This document shows positions 23,301 to 35,680 of a DNA stretch of 64,000 nt, piece after piece. Numbering within the stretch: position 1 is the stretch's first letter; each line of letters opens with the position of its first letter. The translations under genes and the position numbers were made by a program. The notes under the pieces are model-generated. The model was not told the DNA's origin. It searched no databases and worked only from the letters and a program-made list of their open reading frames with translations. Source of the stretch: Azolla caroliniana (taxonomy: Eukaryota > Plantae > Polypodiophyta). The DNA lies in contig JBHGNT010000002.1 in the NCBI GenBank assembly GCA_043228905.1, positions 17,174,001-17,238,000 of the forward strand. Direction: 5' to 3'.

Positions 23301-25531
23301 GTTTGCTTACCATGTTGACAATGCTCACATAAGGCAAAATCAGAGAATGACAACTTAGGTAAGTGGCCATAACGAGATAGGATTTCCATGCCATTTCTTG
23401 ACATGTGGCCCAAACGACCATGCCAAATGCTCGTCATTGGCTGGTCTGTGACAGCCAACAAGTGTTCCTTTTGATGAACAAATAGAGGGTAGAGGGAACC
23501 AACTTTGTTCCCTTTTGCAACAATCATATTTCCTTTCGTTATACGAAAGGATTGAGAAGCAAACATCACCTTATATCCATTGTCATCAAGCTGACCAACG
23601 GAGATCAAACTACGAGTTAGTTGGGGAACATGGCGTACATCTTTAATGGTCAAATGAGCACCATCACTAAAATGCATTGAGATATCTCCAATGCCAATCA
23701 CATCACATTGATGTGAGTCTCCAAGTCGAACTTTCCCAAGCGACTTGGCTTCATAACATGTGAACCACTCTCTATGTGGAGTCACATGAAACGATGCACC
23801 GGAGTCCAACAACCACGTATATGATGGAGAAAAAACCGTGTTCACCCCAGCATGTGTGCTAACATCATCTAGGACCAAGATGTCCGTCTCACCACATGTT
23901 GCATTTACTTCCTCCGTTTCCAACGAGGAAGAGGGACCACTAGATTGTCTACCATGCCCTCTAGCATTATCTTTCTCCTTATTTTTAAGGGCATAACAAT
24001 CTTTCTTAAGGTGACCCTTTTTATGACAGTAATGGCACTCCATATTTTTCTTCCTAGATTTGCTTCTACCTCTATCATTTCCACCACTATTTCTTGTTTG
24101 GCTCCTACCACGATGTTGGTTCTTGCGAGGACCAACATCAGAAACATTATATGCATCTCCATTATGTGATGCAATCACAGATTTTCTACGAATTTCTTCA
24201 CCTAAAAGTGCTCCACATATATCATTATAGACTAGTTTCCCGTTTGGTGCACTAGCACTAATGGCAGTGCAAAAGGTGTCCCATGATGTAGGCAAAGTGC
24301 ATAACAGAAATACACATTTCAGCTCATCATCCAAAATCATTTTCTGAGCTAGTAGTTGTGACCACAATGCATCAAAGTCGTTCAAATGAGAGGCGACACT
24401 GTCATTGTCCTTCATTCGAAGATCATAAAGTTTTCTCATTAGATAAACTTTGTTTGATGCGGTCTCTTTTTCATATGTGTTGCATAATTTGGTCCATAGT
24501 ATTTCAGCCGAGTCACAATCTAGGACCGTGAAATACACATTGTCGGCTAGGTGTAGTCTTATAGTAGACATTGCCAAGAGATCGAGCTCTTCCCAATCAT
24601 CTTTGGTCATGCCCTCAGGTCTCTTGGCTTCACCACTTAATGGTCTTAATTGCCTTCTTTGAATCAGGACATCTCTCATCTGATTCTTCCACAAGGCAAA
24701 GTTGGATCCGTCAAATTTACGGATCTCAAGGTGGTCTTTTCCACTCATAGGGTGATTTCTATGGGAATTGAACGAACCACCGCGTGAGGTACTTGAAACC
24801 TCGGACATTTCAGAGGCAGCCATTTGGAAGCTAGGTAAACTTGGTCAATCCCAAATATAAACAACTAACAATAGTTGAGACACTACTCCCTACCTAGTCT
24901 CAAGCCGTGTTCTAGGGTAGGTATGTGTGTTCGATTGAGGACAACACCTCTTTCTTATATCAGCCAAGGTAAAATGTCTGTAACCAAGACGTAACTTCAA
25001 CGTCACAAACTCACATCAAGTGAGCAAGCATCGAAAGGAGAAAAAAAAGAAACCAAACACAGGTTCTTTTGCGTGTAAATCCTCACTTCTGTATACTAGA
25101 AACAACAAGTCTTCTCTGTTTCTACCTTCCACCAAGGTCTATTTTTCCCCAAAAAATAGGCACACAAAAAAAACTGTTCAAGACGGAAACGTGTAGTAGA
25201 TATTACCTCTGTCGAGGTCCTGGAAAAATAGCATGCGCAGAGGGGGAAAAACGCAGAAATGTAGATGCTTGTTGCTACACACAGTCTCACAAAGTCCACG
25301 CTCTGATACCACTGTTGAATCTGGAGTAATGGAGGCGGACGAGCTGCTGTTTTCTGGCCTGCACAGAAAATGTCGAACACACACACACACAGAGAAAAAC
25401 AGCACACACGAAAAAAACAGAAAAGAGAAAGACAAAACTTTTTGGGGGCCAATGAAACCCTCATTTCTATTAGTTTATATACCTATGCGTAAATAGTAAG
25501 AAATTACAGATTTGGCCTTTTCTTACTATCA
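20330..25531 (-). mobile_element. intact full-length Ty1/Copia retrotransposon (5202 bp)
   Basis: 219-bp LTRs 20330-20548 and 25313-25531 appear identical (TG...CA). TSD TGTTA on both sides. PBS TGGTATCAGAGC at 25300-25311. PPT AGTGGGAGAT at 20549-20558. Confidence 0.97.
20672..24823 (-). CDS. gag-pol: Copia Gag-Pol polyprotein (Gag, PR, IN, RT, RNase H), 1383 aa
   Basis: CHYCHKKGHLKKDC; WLLDSGASFH; HGRLGH/CEHC; HTDVCGP, LRSDNGGEY, NGVAERMN; LYVDDMLI; YTDSDYAG, TEAEY, ADALTK. Confidence 0.97.
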   Translation of the reverse strand: MAASEMSEVSSTSRGGSFNSHRNHPMSGKDHLEIRKFDGSNFALWKNQMRDVLIQRRQLRPLSGEAKRPEGMTKDDWEELDLLAMSTIRLHLADNVYFTVLDCDSAEILWTKLCNTYEKETASNKVYLMRKLYDLRMKDNDSVASHLNDFDALWSQLLAQKMILDDELKCVFLLCTLPTSWDTFCTAISASAPNGKLVYNDICGALLGEEIRRKSVIASHNGDAYNVSDVGPRKNQHRGRSQTRNSGGNDRGRSKSRKKNMECHYCHKKGHLKKDCYALKNKEKDNARGHGRQSSGPSSSLETEEVNATCGETDILVLDDVSTHAGVNTVFSPSYTWLLDSGASFHVTPHREWFTCYEAKSLGKVRLGDSHQCDVIGIGDISMHFSDGAHLTIKDVRHVPQLTRSLISVGQLDDNGYKVMFASQSFRITKGNMIVAKGNKVGSLYPLFVHQKEHLLAVTDQPMTSIWHGRLGHMSRNGMEILSRYGHLPKLSFSDFALCEHCQHGKQTRSAHKTSVNSSTKPLDLVHTDVCGPMPTRSLGGALYFVTFIDDATRKVWAYPIKGKDDVYPTFRKWLSSVELEKDIKLKALRSDNGGEYTSHEFVDFCKSRGIRREFTAPYTPVQNGVAERMNRTIQDRVVSMLHHANLSQGFWAEAVLTAVHVINLSPNTAIGLRVAQEVWTGKTPHYAHLRVFGCEAYVHIPKTLRKKLDYKCRKCIFLGYGIDGQFGYRLWDPDTRTVVRSSDVVFDENKMHKQSVKEVEVRKVAFKDSTPFVDEKQKNLIDVDAPQSQKTVIDQDEDAQNDNAQHNDVQNDVFQQEYAHNDDAQNEVSHAQPDGTQVQDSLRRSMRVPKAPSKFADYVMLTDAGEPSCYNEAISVNDHVKWKQAMQSELDSIYKNGTWDLVPLPKDRKALPCKWVYKYKYTSDSASPKYKARLVAKGFKQEYGIDFDETFSPVVKMTTLRMLLSLAANQNLELVQMDVKTAFLHGDLDEDIYMEQPEGYEVLGKEHLVCKLKKSLYGLKQSPRLWYQKFDAFMKTQGCTRSNEDACLYTKNCSDGSFITLILYVDDMLIAGKNKDELSSLKKNLSQNFDMKDLGDAKHILGMRITRDRSKRCIYLSQAEYISKVLMRFNMENAKPLSTPLPSYVNLSTRDCPTSDEDKKFMSKVPYQSAVGSLMYAMIATRPDIAFAVGAVSRFMSNPGNKHWEAVKLILRYLCGTKNRCLCLGGGTVSIIGYTDSDYAGCSDSRKSTSGYIFQFMGGAISWRSRLQKCTALSTTEAEYVAASEACKEAVWLSRLACDMGISKLVPILFCDSQSAIALAKNPVYHAKTKHIGVRYHFIRECIAAGYISLEKVVSQDNAADALTKALSHEALEHCCHLMGIT

Positions 25532-25599
25532 TGTTATTTTTGGGGGGTGAGATATGGTTCACCAAATTTAGAGAAACACAGAATAAAGGAATTCGGGCC

Positions 25600-25650
25600 T
25601 TACCCTAAATAGCCAAGGGCCTAACCAATCTGCGCCTGACACGTGCCCCT
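25600..25650 (-). promoter_or_regulatory. putative promoter motifs (G-box/ABRE CACGTG 25640-25645, CCAAT, TATTTA)
   Basis: Motifs seen directly. Their orientation and spacing fit the ORF at 20211 once the Copia is removed. Confidence 0.35.
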
Positions 25651-26279
25651 CGTGCTGCTTCACCACATTCTCGTGGCTTACCCTGAAAAATCCATTTAAT
25701 TCTTCTTTTTTTAGTTTTATTTTTCCAATTTCATTGTTCCCTACACAATTGAATTCCAATTGCATATTGAATGAAAGGATGCCCACCACGAAAATATGTT
25801 TAGATCCTCCTTTCTTTCCATTTCTTCCCAGAAAATGAAACATTGGGTTGATTCTTCGTGTCTCTCTTAAAGTCGATAGATGAATGATCAAGAGTATTAG
25901 TAATGGACCTTCCAATGTTTGGGAGTCACATGATGGGACCGCGACAAAAACACGTGTGATCACGAATCATGGTTTGAAAAATATGTGAGCAACAAGTTTG
26001 AAATGTAATCGAAGCCAACACACTTCAGCAGATGAGACGAAAGATATCTATGAATTTTTATTATCGTCTTCGGAGGTCAAATATGACTTATGAGACGAAA
26101 GATATAACATTTTCACATAGTTCATGTGGAATTGGTTAGTGACTCGTGATTTTCAAGAACTTTACTGATGAAAGATGCATTCGAGAGTGCACACCACGAT
26201 TGTGAGAGAAATTATGCAAGGGTTTGGTTTGGTCGACGGTATATGGAAAGCATGGTCTTTGTGATCAATGGTAGAGCAT

Positions 26280-29200
26280 TGTATATATACCTCATTGTGG
26301 GTATTTTTGTATCTTGATGATGATGATGATGCTAATTTAAGATAGAGTTAATCATCCCCCATCTTGTGTTGCTCATAACTGTACTTCTCCCTCTCTTCCT
26401 CTCACGCACATACACCCACATATCACTTAATCTTCCGCTTAACTTAATCACATAATTAGGTACCGATTAACCTGTAGTTAATCACCTAATTCTTAACATG
26501 GTATTAGAGCATGTGGCTTAGAAAATCCACTAAGCCCACCCAACTCCGTGATTGTATGTTCGAGACGCCGACGACAAAATCCGGCTATCCACTACCGTAG
26601 TGCCACTACGTAGCACGTGTACATGACCGAAGGAAGGAAAGCAAAAACATAAGACACTAAAATCAACATGAACACACAAATGGGTAGCTCGCTCCCTAGT
26701 GAAAAACTAGACCGGAGCAATTATTCATCTTGAGAGTACAAGATGAACCAATACCTTGTCGGCCAAGGGTATTGGAGCCACATCAACGGTGCTCAAGAAA
26801 ATCGACCCGACCCAAAGAACGCCGACTACTCAACATGCGAACAAACGGCGAGTCGAGTCATGTATTGCTTGGCAACATGTGTCCACGATCACATGCTTAG
26901 CCACATTCGAGACGCGAAGATGCCCAAAGAGGTGTGGGAGAACTTAAAGAAAATGTTTGCCGCCAACACAACCGCCTGAAAGCTTCAACTCCGACAAGAG
27001 TTGAACAACATTCGGCAAAAAGACATGTTCGTGTCGGACTACACCACCAAGATCAAGAGCATTTGCGACTCGCTTGGCTCCATCAAAATAAACGTCGACG
27101 AAGACAAGATGATTCAAGTATGCTTGGGCGGCCTTGCACAACGATTCGATTCATTGAGGCCGGCAATCTTGGCGAGGGAAAACCCTCCTTTGTTCTTCGA
27201 CCTTCAATCAATTCTAATGGTTGAAGAGAACCACGTCCAAAACAAAACCAAGACATTGGAAGGAAAAATGTTCTTCTCTAATTCGGATGGTGGCCGAGGA
27301 CATGGTCGAGGCGGTAGAAGAGGTCGATTCGACCCATCACACGAAGGGAACTCAAACCTTAGACAACAAGACAGAATCCATCAAGGAACCTTTAGAAGAA
27401 GGGGAAGCTTCCATGACAAACAAGGTCGGCAAATGAGGCTCGCAACTTGCAACTATTGTGGAAAAATCGGCCACCGCGAGGAGTGCCAAAAAGGAAGAAG
27501 CGAGTTGGCTTCGACAAGTCGACAACTCACGAATTACACCACCAACTCCGAATATGACGACTACGACGAACTATTCGTAATGAGGCATAGAGCGAACTCT
27601 ATGTCGGCCTCCGACTCCGCAAGCACCTCCAATTCGGAAGACGTGTGGTTCATCGATTACGGCACCCCTCACATCACATGACATCCAACAAAGAGTGGTT
27701 TAATGACTTGCGTACACCGGATCGACCCAGCTTCATAAAGACGGGAGACGACACCACACATTCCATTCGACACATCGGCAATGTCCCATTCGGGAAAGAC
27801 GATGAACAAACTTGCATCAAGAATGTCTTGCATGTACCCACAATAACAAAGAATTTGGTTTCGGTCGGCCAAATCGTGGAACAAGGCATGCAAGTTCGCT
27901 TCAACAACAAAGGTTGTTTCATCGAGAAAGATGGCCGACTCATAGCCAATGGACGGAGAAACAGTCACATGTATGCCGAAGGTCTGAAAACCGAGACAAG
28001 CATCGAGTTGTGGCACAAGAGAATCGGCCACATCAACCTCCAATGGCTCCGAGCTATGCAAACCAAGGGAGTTGTCATCGGACTTCTGACATTCGAGTCG
28101 ACTGAGTATGCGAAGCATGTCAACTCGGAAAACAACATCGACTCCCATTCCCAAAGGAGAGCTCCGCAAGCAAAGGCCTCCTCGACATCATACACTCAGA
28201 TGTATGGGGACTGGCTCAAACGTTGACGATTGGCCAATGCCGATACTACATAACCTTCATTGATGACTACTCGCGCTGATATGTGGATCTTCCCAATGAA
28301 GAAGAAGAGCGAAGTGTCCTCCCACTTCCAAAAGCTCAAGGGCCAAGTCGAAAAAGAAACCGGTCAGCACATTCAATGCCTACGATCGGATAGAGGCAAG
28401 GAGTTCGTCTTCGATGAATTCACCTCCTACCTCCAAAGTGAAGGCATTCGGAGAGAATTCTCATGCCAACACACACCCCAACAAATACTTGAGGTAGCTT
28501 GGGCCATGTTACATGAGAAGCACATGCCGAATTTCTATTGGGCCAAAGCGGCATCCACGACCGTCTATCTCATGAATCGATGCACCACCAATGGAGTGCA
28601 TGAGCTAACTCCCTACGAGCTCCTTGTCAAAAGGAAGCCGATGCTATCACACCTGAAGGTGTTCGGAAGCATTACGAATGTACGCATCGCGAACGAACAA
28701 CGACAGAAGCCTGACGCGAAGTTGGAGAAATGTATCCTCATAGGATACTCGTTCGAGAAGAATGCATACAAGTGCTACAACCCTTCGACCCGAGCGGTTC
28801 GGGTAAGTTGAGAAGTAGTCTTCGATGAGTCCGCATCCTGGTACGCACCAGAGACGACTTCGACTTCGACTCCGCACGACCCAAAATCCGCCGAACAAGA
28901 GGTAGAAGATGGAGATCGCTTCGAACACATGTTCAAAGAAAGTCCGATTACGACAAGGCTTAGTGGGCCACAAGAGCCCCCGCACGACCCAAGCAAGTCG
29001 CGGCCAAGTACGACCTTAGACAAAGGCAATGGTAAGATGCCCGAATATGAAGTCGACCATCCCGACGACATCGATTCGAATGTGTCGGCTTCCTCACTAG
29101 ACAGTGAGTTTGGTGTTCCCATCATGCAGACACCCGGAGTAAAGAAGGGCGCTCACGACGACGAGCGAAAAACATCGACGCTCTTTTAGAGAGAAGAATC

Positions 29201-29919
29201 CTATCACTCGGCTCGGCTATAACAAGTACATGGCCCATCACTATGCCTTCGCGATGAAGGTAGCGGCCGAACAAGAGCCTAAGAGCTCCACCGAAGTGGC
29301 TCGTAACCCGCGATGGGTGGAAGTAGTAGACCTTCGCCCACACACTACAACCCTTCGTCACCGGCTTCAGGGGGAGGAACCGAGATTGCCACGGCGAAGA
29401 AAGCCGAAGGCCGGACGGAAGCACACGAAGCCAACGAAAGCCCAGGCGGATCTCAGACGCCTCACACTTGAGCTTGAGGGAGCATGTTGAGAGATCAAGC
29501 TCAACTTAGTTTAGTTATTTAGTCAACCATGTAACTTCATAGTTACCTAGATAGAATCTAGTCAGGAGTGTTGACTATAATGGCTTAAATAGAACCTTGT
29601 ACTTAAGTGGGATATTCTATATCCTCCACTCCTAACTACATTTAATATAGGACTTACACCTTAGTACCTATATTCTACTCACACATGTGCATCTTTGCAC
29701 ATGAGATGTATATACACCTCATTGTGGGTATTTTTGTATCTTGATGATGATGCTAATTTAATATAGAGTTAATCATCCCCCATCTTGTGTTGCTCATAAG
29801 TGTACTTCTCCCTCTCTTCCTCTCACGCACATACACAGACATATCACTTAATATTCCACTTAAGTTAATTACATAATTAGGTACTAATTAACCCGTAGTT
29901 AATCACCTAATTCTTAATA
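26280..29919 (+). mobile_element. decayed Copia lacking RT/RNase H; partial 5' LTR 26280-26498, 3' LTR 29485-29919
   Basis: PBS TGGTATTAGAGC at 26499. gag, PR (VWFIDYG) and IN (LRSDRGKEF) remnants. Sequence goes from RNPRWVEV to a short 3' UTR and PPT GAGCTTGAGGGAGCA. Confidence 0.88.
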
Positions 29920-30449
29920 GATACTTAGACGCCCGAACTTGTTTAGGGAAAACTGTACAATGTCAATTACTCTCATCACTTGTGCCACAACGCCCTATCT
30001 CACATCATATTGAGTGTGAGCTAAATCTCATGGAAGGAATGGTTTGAATGGTAGACAATGGCATGGGCTTTAACATGTATTGATGTGTGTGGTTTCCTTG
30101 TTCAGCAAAGAACATGGTTTTGTATTGAGGTGTAACATATGTAGTATAATGTGTGAAGCATGAGCCTCCACATTTTCCCCATGTCATGATACATTGGTGT
30201 TGAGCGACCAAGCTCAACCTAATCCGGATCGACTAATTAAGCCAAAGCCGAATTGGTATCCGGAACGAAGAGCCAGATTGGTGTCCGGAACATAGAGTCG
30301 GATCAATGTTTGGATTAGAACACAGAGCCGGATTGGTGTCCGGAACAGAATGTACCTAGTAGGCCGTTAGAGGCCTACGATCCTAGCCTAGTACGTAGGT
30401 ATATTTTTAAGAGTCAATGTCAGTCACTCGGTATGAGCATTGAAGTATT

Positions 30450-33400
30450 TGTGCAGAATAGCGCTCAGCCACAACCGATTCTTAAACTCAATGGAAGAAC
30501 AAAACAGAAATGGAGATTAATACACTTACACAAACAAAAGAGAGGGCACAGGATGTTTACGTGGAAAACCCTAATAGGGAATAAACCACAGGAGCCCATA
30601 GATTCCAACTATCACTATAAGAAAAGGATACAATGCGAGACTCAGAGGCAACGACCTAAAGCTCTATGTCATTGCCAACCGACGGTTACAACAGAAAAAC
30701 TTTCAGTATCTCACGCTCTCTCTCTCTCTCACTTGCTCTCCGTGTGTCTATACAGCAATATCTCTACACATACATATACATAATAATTAACTACTCTTCA
30801 AAGTGGTTGCCCTAAGACATATATATACTTATATGACTTTAGGGCTATTTACAAATATGGACATGATAGACACTCTAGAAACATATTTACAGATATGTCC
30901 CTGAACCCGGTTCACACCAGATACCTTCCGGATCCATCCGGTCCGGTTCCTTCCTTCGGCTTGTCCGGTTCTCATCCTAAGGGACCGAATTCCCAACAAA
31001 ATCCCCCTTCACTTTGGCATGGGATGTCTTGTCAATCCAATCAGTCTCCTGCACACGTCCAGCTTGTTGACTGACAACACCTTGGTTAGCATGTCCGACC
31101 CGTTCTCCTCCGTATGGATCTTCATCAACAAGAACTATTTATCTTCTCCTAGAGCTAGTGATATCTTCTCTGGATGTGTTTGTTCTGGGAATGGTAGGCC
31201 ACGTTCTTCGCAAGGTGGATAACACCTTGACTGTCGAAGTGGAGCCGGAATTCCTCCTGTCGGATCCCTAGCTCTCTGATGAAGTTCTTCATCTAAATTA
31301 CCTCTTTGCCAGCTTCTACAGATGCCATGTACTCCGCTTCCATTGTCGGCAGTGCAACAGACTTCTCCAACCTCAGTTGCCTCGATACGGCTCCCCCTGC
31401 ATATGTCATAACATATCCAAACATTGATTGGTTGGTATCCGCATCAGTCGACATATCCGAATCCGTGAATCCTTCAAGTTGGGGTTTTCCTAAGCCGAAT
31501 CGGAGGCACACACTCGAGGTACCTTTTAAGTACCGGAGTACCCACTTGATCGCGGTCAAGTGGTCTCTTCCCAGAATGCTCTTGAGCCGGCTGACCACTC
31601 CGACAACATATCTGATATTTGGCCGGGTACACACCATTGCGTACACCAAGCTCCCAACGGCAGAGGCATATGGAATCTTCATCATCTCTGACTTGTCTGT
31701 CTTGTTCTTCGGACTTTGCTTTCTGGACAGCTTGCAGTTTGCTGCAAGTGTCGACCCGTCCCACTTCGCATTCGTCATGTTGAACCGTTGAAGCACCTTT
31801 GTCACGTATTTCTCCTTTGACAACCACAATAGCTTCTTCGTCCGGTCCCAAACTATGTGTATCCCTAGTATCTGTCTTGCCAGACCCAAATCTTTCATTT
31901 AGAAGGTCTGGTTCAAGGCTTTCTTCAGATTCCTGATTTTGGTTCGGTCTATGTGTATCCCTAGTATCTGTCTTGCCAGACCCAAATCTTTCATTTAGAA
32001 GGTCTGGTTGAAGGCCTTCTTCAGATTCCCGATTTTGGTTCGGTCTGGTGCGATGATCAACATGTCATCCACATATAGTAGGTTGGGAAGTCTCCTCCAT
32101 CGAACTTCTTCACAAATACACAGTGGTCCTTGATTGGCCATGAAGGAGTTGAACTTCCAGGGAGCTTGCTTCAGTACATATCAGCTCATCTTCAACCGGC
32201 ATACCAGGTGCTCCTTTCCTTTCTTGACAAATCCCTCCGACTGTTGCATGTAGATCTCTTCTTCGAGGTCACCAAGCAGGAATACCGTCTTGACATAAAG
32301 CTGCTCGACCTCGAGGTCCATGCTTACCGCTATGCTCAAGACAGTCTGGATGGATGTCATCTTTACTACTGGCGCAAAGATCTCGTTGAAATCCACTCCC
32401 TTTTTCTGTTGGAAGCCCTTCACCACAATGCAGGCTTTGTACCTTGGTGGATTTCCAGCGTCTCCTGGTTTCAGCCTGTACACCCACTTGTTCCAGAGTG
32501 CTCTCTTTCGTTTCGGAAGCTCCATCAATTCATATGTGTGGTTCTCATGCAGGGGATCCATCTCATCCTACATGTCACTTAACCACTTGCGGCTGTGGGT
32601 GTCTTTCTTTGCTTCTTCTAAGCTTTCCGGCACCGCTTCATCGGTCAACAACACATGCTCTACATCAGGAAATCTCCAGGGGGCTCTTCTCTCCCTAAGG
32701 GGATATCTTCTTCCTTGGTCTTCGGCCACCACTTCCTCCGTTTGTTCTTCATCTGAATCTGATTCGGGATCTTGTCTGATTCTGGTGTCCGATTCTTCTT
32801 CTTCTTCGGTCGGCTCAGTTTCTTATCCAACACCGGCCGGTTTCTCGAGTGTCATCCAGCTTCCGGCCACATGGGTGTGTATATCCTTCAACTAATCTCT
32901 GTCGGTTGGCCCAGAGTCAATTGTCTTCTTCTCCGACTCCCAGTCGGCAATGTTCTTGTCTTCCATGAAGACTATGTCTTGACTCCGGAAGACCTTCTTG
33001 TCGACCAAGTGCCACACTCGATAGCCGAACTCATCATCACCGTATCCAAGGAATATGCATAGCCAAGACTTCAGACCCAACTTCGCTCTCTTTTCCTTTG
33101 CTACATGCTCGTAGTTGAGACAACCGAACACCTTGAAGTGCCGATAAGACACGTCTTTACTGGTCCATACTCTCTGCGGTGTGTCACTGTCCACGGGCGC
33201 TGAGGGCGATCTGTTTATCATGTACATCACTGTCATTTGAGACTCAGCCCAAAATTTCTTGGGCAGCTTAGCATGTGCCAACATGCTCTAGACTCTCCCC
33301 ATCATGGTCCGGTCACGGTCCAATTCATCTTTTCGGCCAATCCGTTCAGTTCCGGTGTCTTCGGCACGGTAAATTCGAGTCGGATTCCCCTTGACTGGCA

Positions 33401-35680
33401 GTACTCCTCGAACTGTGCTCGGTATTCTCCTTTGTTGTCCATTCAAACTACCTTCCGCTTCTGGTCAGTTTCCCTTTCCACTCTTGCGTGGAGCTCCTTG
33501 AAGACGGACAACACCTCATCCTTCGTCTTCAACAGTAAGACCCACAATTTCCGGTTGTGGTCATCTATGAACATCACGAAGTACGCGATCTGGCATGTGA
33601 CTTCATGTCCACTTGGCATACATCGGTATGCACAAGTTCTAGTGGTGCATTCCGTCTCGACAATGGTTGGGTTCGGAAGGAGGTTCGGTTCTGCTTGCCG
33701 ACCAAGCAATTAGTGCACTTCTCAAGCTGCACGTATTTCACCTCTGGAATGAGGTTTTCGTCGACAAGTATTCTCATCCCCTTCTAGCTCATGTGGCACA
33801 ACTTTTGGTGCCACAGGTCACCGGCATTGTCGGATGCCACGTTCACTTCTTCCTGGCAGATTCGGGCATGCATCAGGTACACTGTGTTGATCTTCCAAGT
33901 TTGAGCTACAATCAAGCTTCCTTTGCGGAACTTCATGACTCCATTCCAGATGCTACTTGTGTAGCCTTCATCATCTAGTCGACCGACTGATATCAGGTTT
34001 AACCGAACCTCTGGAATGTGTCGGACATCCTTCAACAGCAACTTGCACCCGGTTGACGTTGTCAACCACACGTTTCCTATGCTGACAATTTGGCATGCAC
34101 CTTCATTTCCCATCCGGATAAAACCATGATCTCCGGCTCTGTACGATGGGAAGCCCTTCTGGTCGGGAGTCGGGTGGTATGACCTTCCGGAGTTGACCAC
34201 CCATGTCGTTTCATCGCTAACAAGATGCAACTCACTCTCCTTGGTGATTAGCAACAATTCTTCTTCACTTGTCGCGATCGCCGACATTCCTCTCCTTTCT
34301 GAAACTTTCTTCGGTTCCAAAATGTCGGCTACCCTTTGGTTTTACGGAAGTGTCAGAAATTCTTTTGGGAGTGCCCCAGATTTCCGCAATAAAAGCATGT
34401 GGGCCACTCCCTTGACTTCGACCTTGTCCCCAATTTGACCTAGTTTTGGGGACTCCAAATTAGGCCTCTTCCCAGGTTATGGCCATCTTCTGTAACGAAG
34501 GCCTTCGGATCGGTTCCGGATTCCCGGTCCTTCCAGTGAGCTTCTTCATCCAACAAGCTTGAGTTTACCCTTGCCAGGGACAATAGTTTTCCTTCAGGCC
34601 TGACATTTCCCAAGGTGACAACTAGCGTCTCCCAACTTTTCGGGAGGGAACCGAGCAGGAGCAATGCAAGTACCTCATTGGCTAGAGGTACTTCTAGCGA
34701 GGTTGTTGGATTTATGGGCCTGTGGAATGCAATCATGTGCTCTGCCATGCTGGATCCATCTTGGTACCGGAGTCTCACTAACTTCCCAAATACCGAAACC
34801 CGAATTTTGGCATTTTTACTCTCCAGCATGGTACCGATTTTCTCCCAACGCACATGAGCCTTACTTTCTTCATTAAAGTTGTTGTACATGCTCATGTTGA
34901 TGAAGCATATAATGTATGCCGCCGTCTTCATATGCATCACCTCGCACGTCGTGGATCATTCTTGTCTGACCTCTTGTCTCCAAACTGTACCGGAAACTAC
35001 AGATCTTTGACCACGAGCATGTCCATCATCTTCGACTTCCACATTGGATAGTTGGAGTTGGTGAGCTTGAACATGCTTCCAAATGACTCTTACATCTGTT
35101 CTTCGCTCTGATACTAGTTTGTGTGGAATATTTCTCGACAACAACCGAGTCTTAAACTCAATGGAAGAACAAAATAGAAATGGAGATTAATACACTTACA
35201 CAGACAACAGAGAGGACACATGATGTTTAGATGGAAAACCCTAATAGGGAAAAACCACAGGAACCCAAAACTCCAACTATCACTATAAGAAGAGGATACA
35301 ATGCGAGAGTCAGAGGCAACGACCTCGAGCTCTATGTCTTCGCCAACTAGCAGTTAAACCAGAAAAATTTTCTGTATCTCGCACTCTCTCTCAAGCTCTC
35401 TCTGTGTCTATACAACAATATCTCTACACATACATATACATAATAGCTAACTACTCTTCAAAGTGGTTGCCCTAAGTCATATTTATTGTTATATAACTTT
35501 AGCGCTATTTACAAATATGGACATGTCAGGCACTCTAGAGACATATTTACAAATATGTTCCTGAACCCAGTTCATACCGGATTCATACGGATTCCTTCCG
35601 GATCTCCAATCCGGTTCCTTCCTTCGGCTCGTCAGACCCAGCTCCTCCGGATCCCATCCGAAGGGACCGAATTCCCAACA
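30450..35680 (-). mobile_element. nested decayed full-length Copia; LTRs 30450-30998 and 35120-35680
   Basis: TSD GTATT/GTACT, PBS at 35105-35116, PPT at 30999-31010. Fragmented gag, PR (WVVNSG), IN, RT and RNase H (FTDSD, EAEY). Internal ~96-bp duplication at ~31853-32047. Confidence 0.92.
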
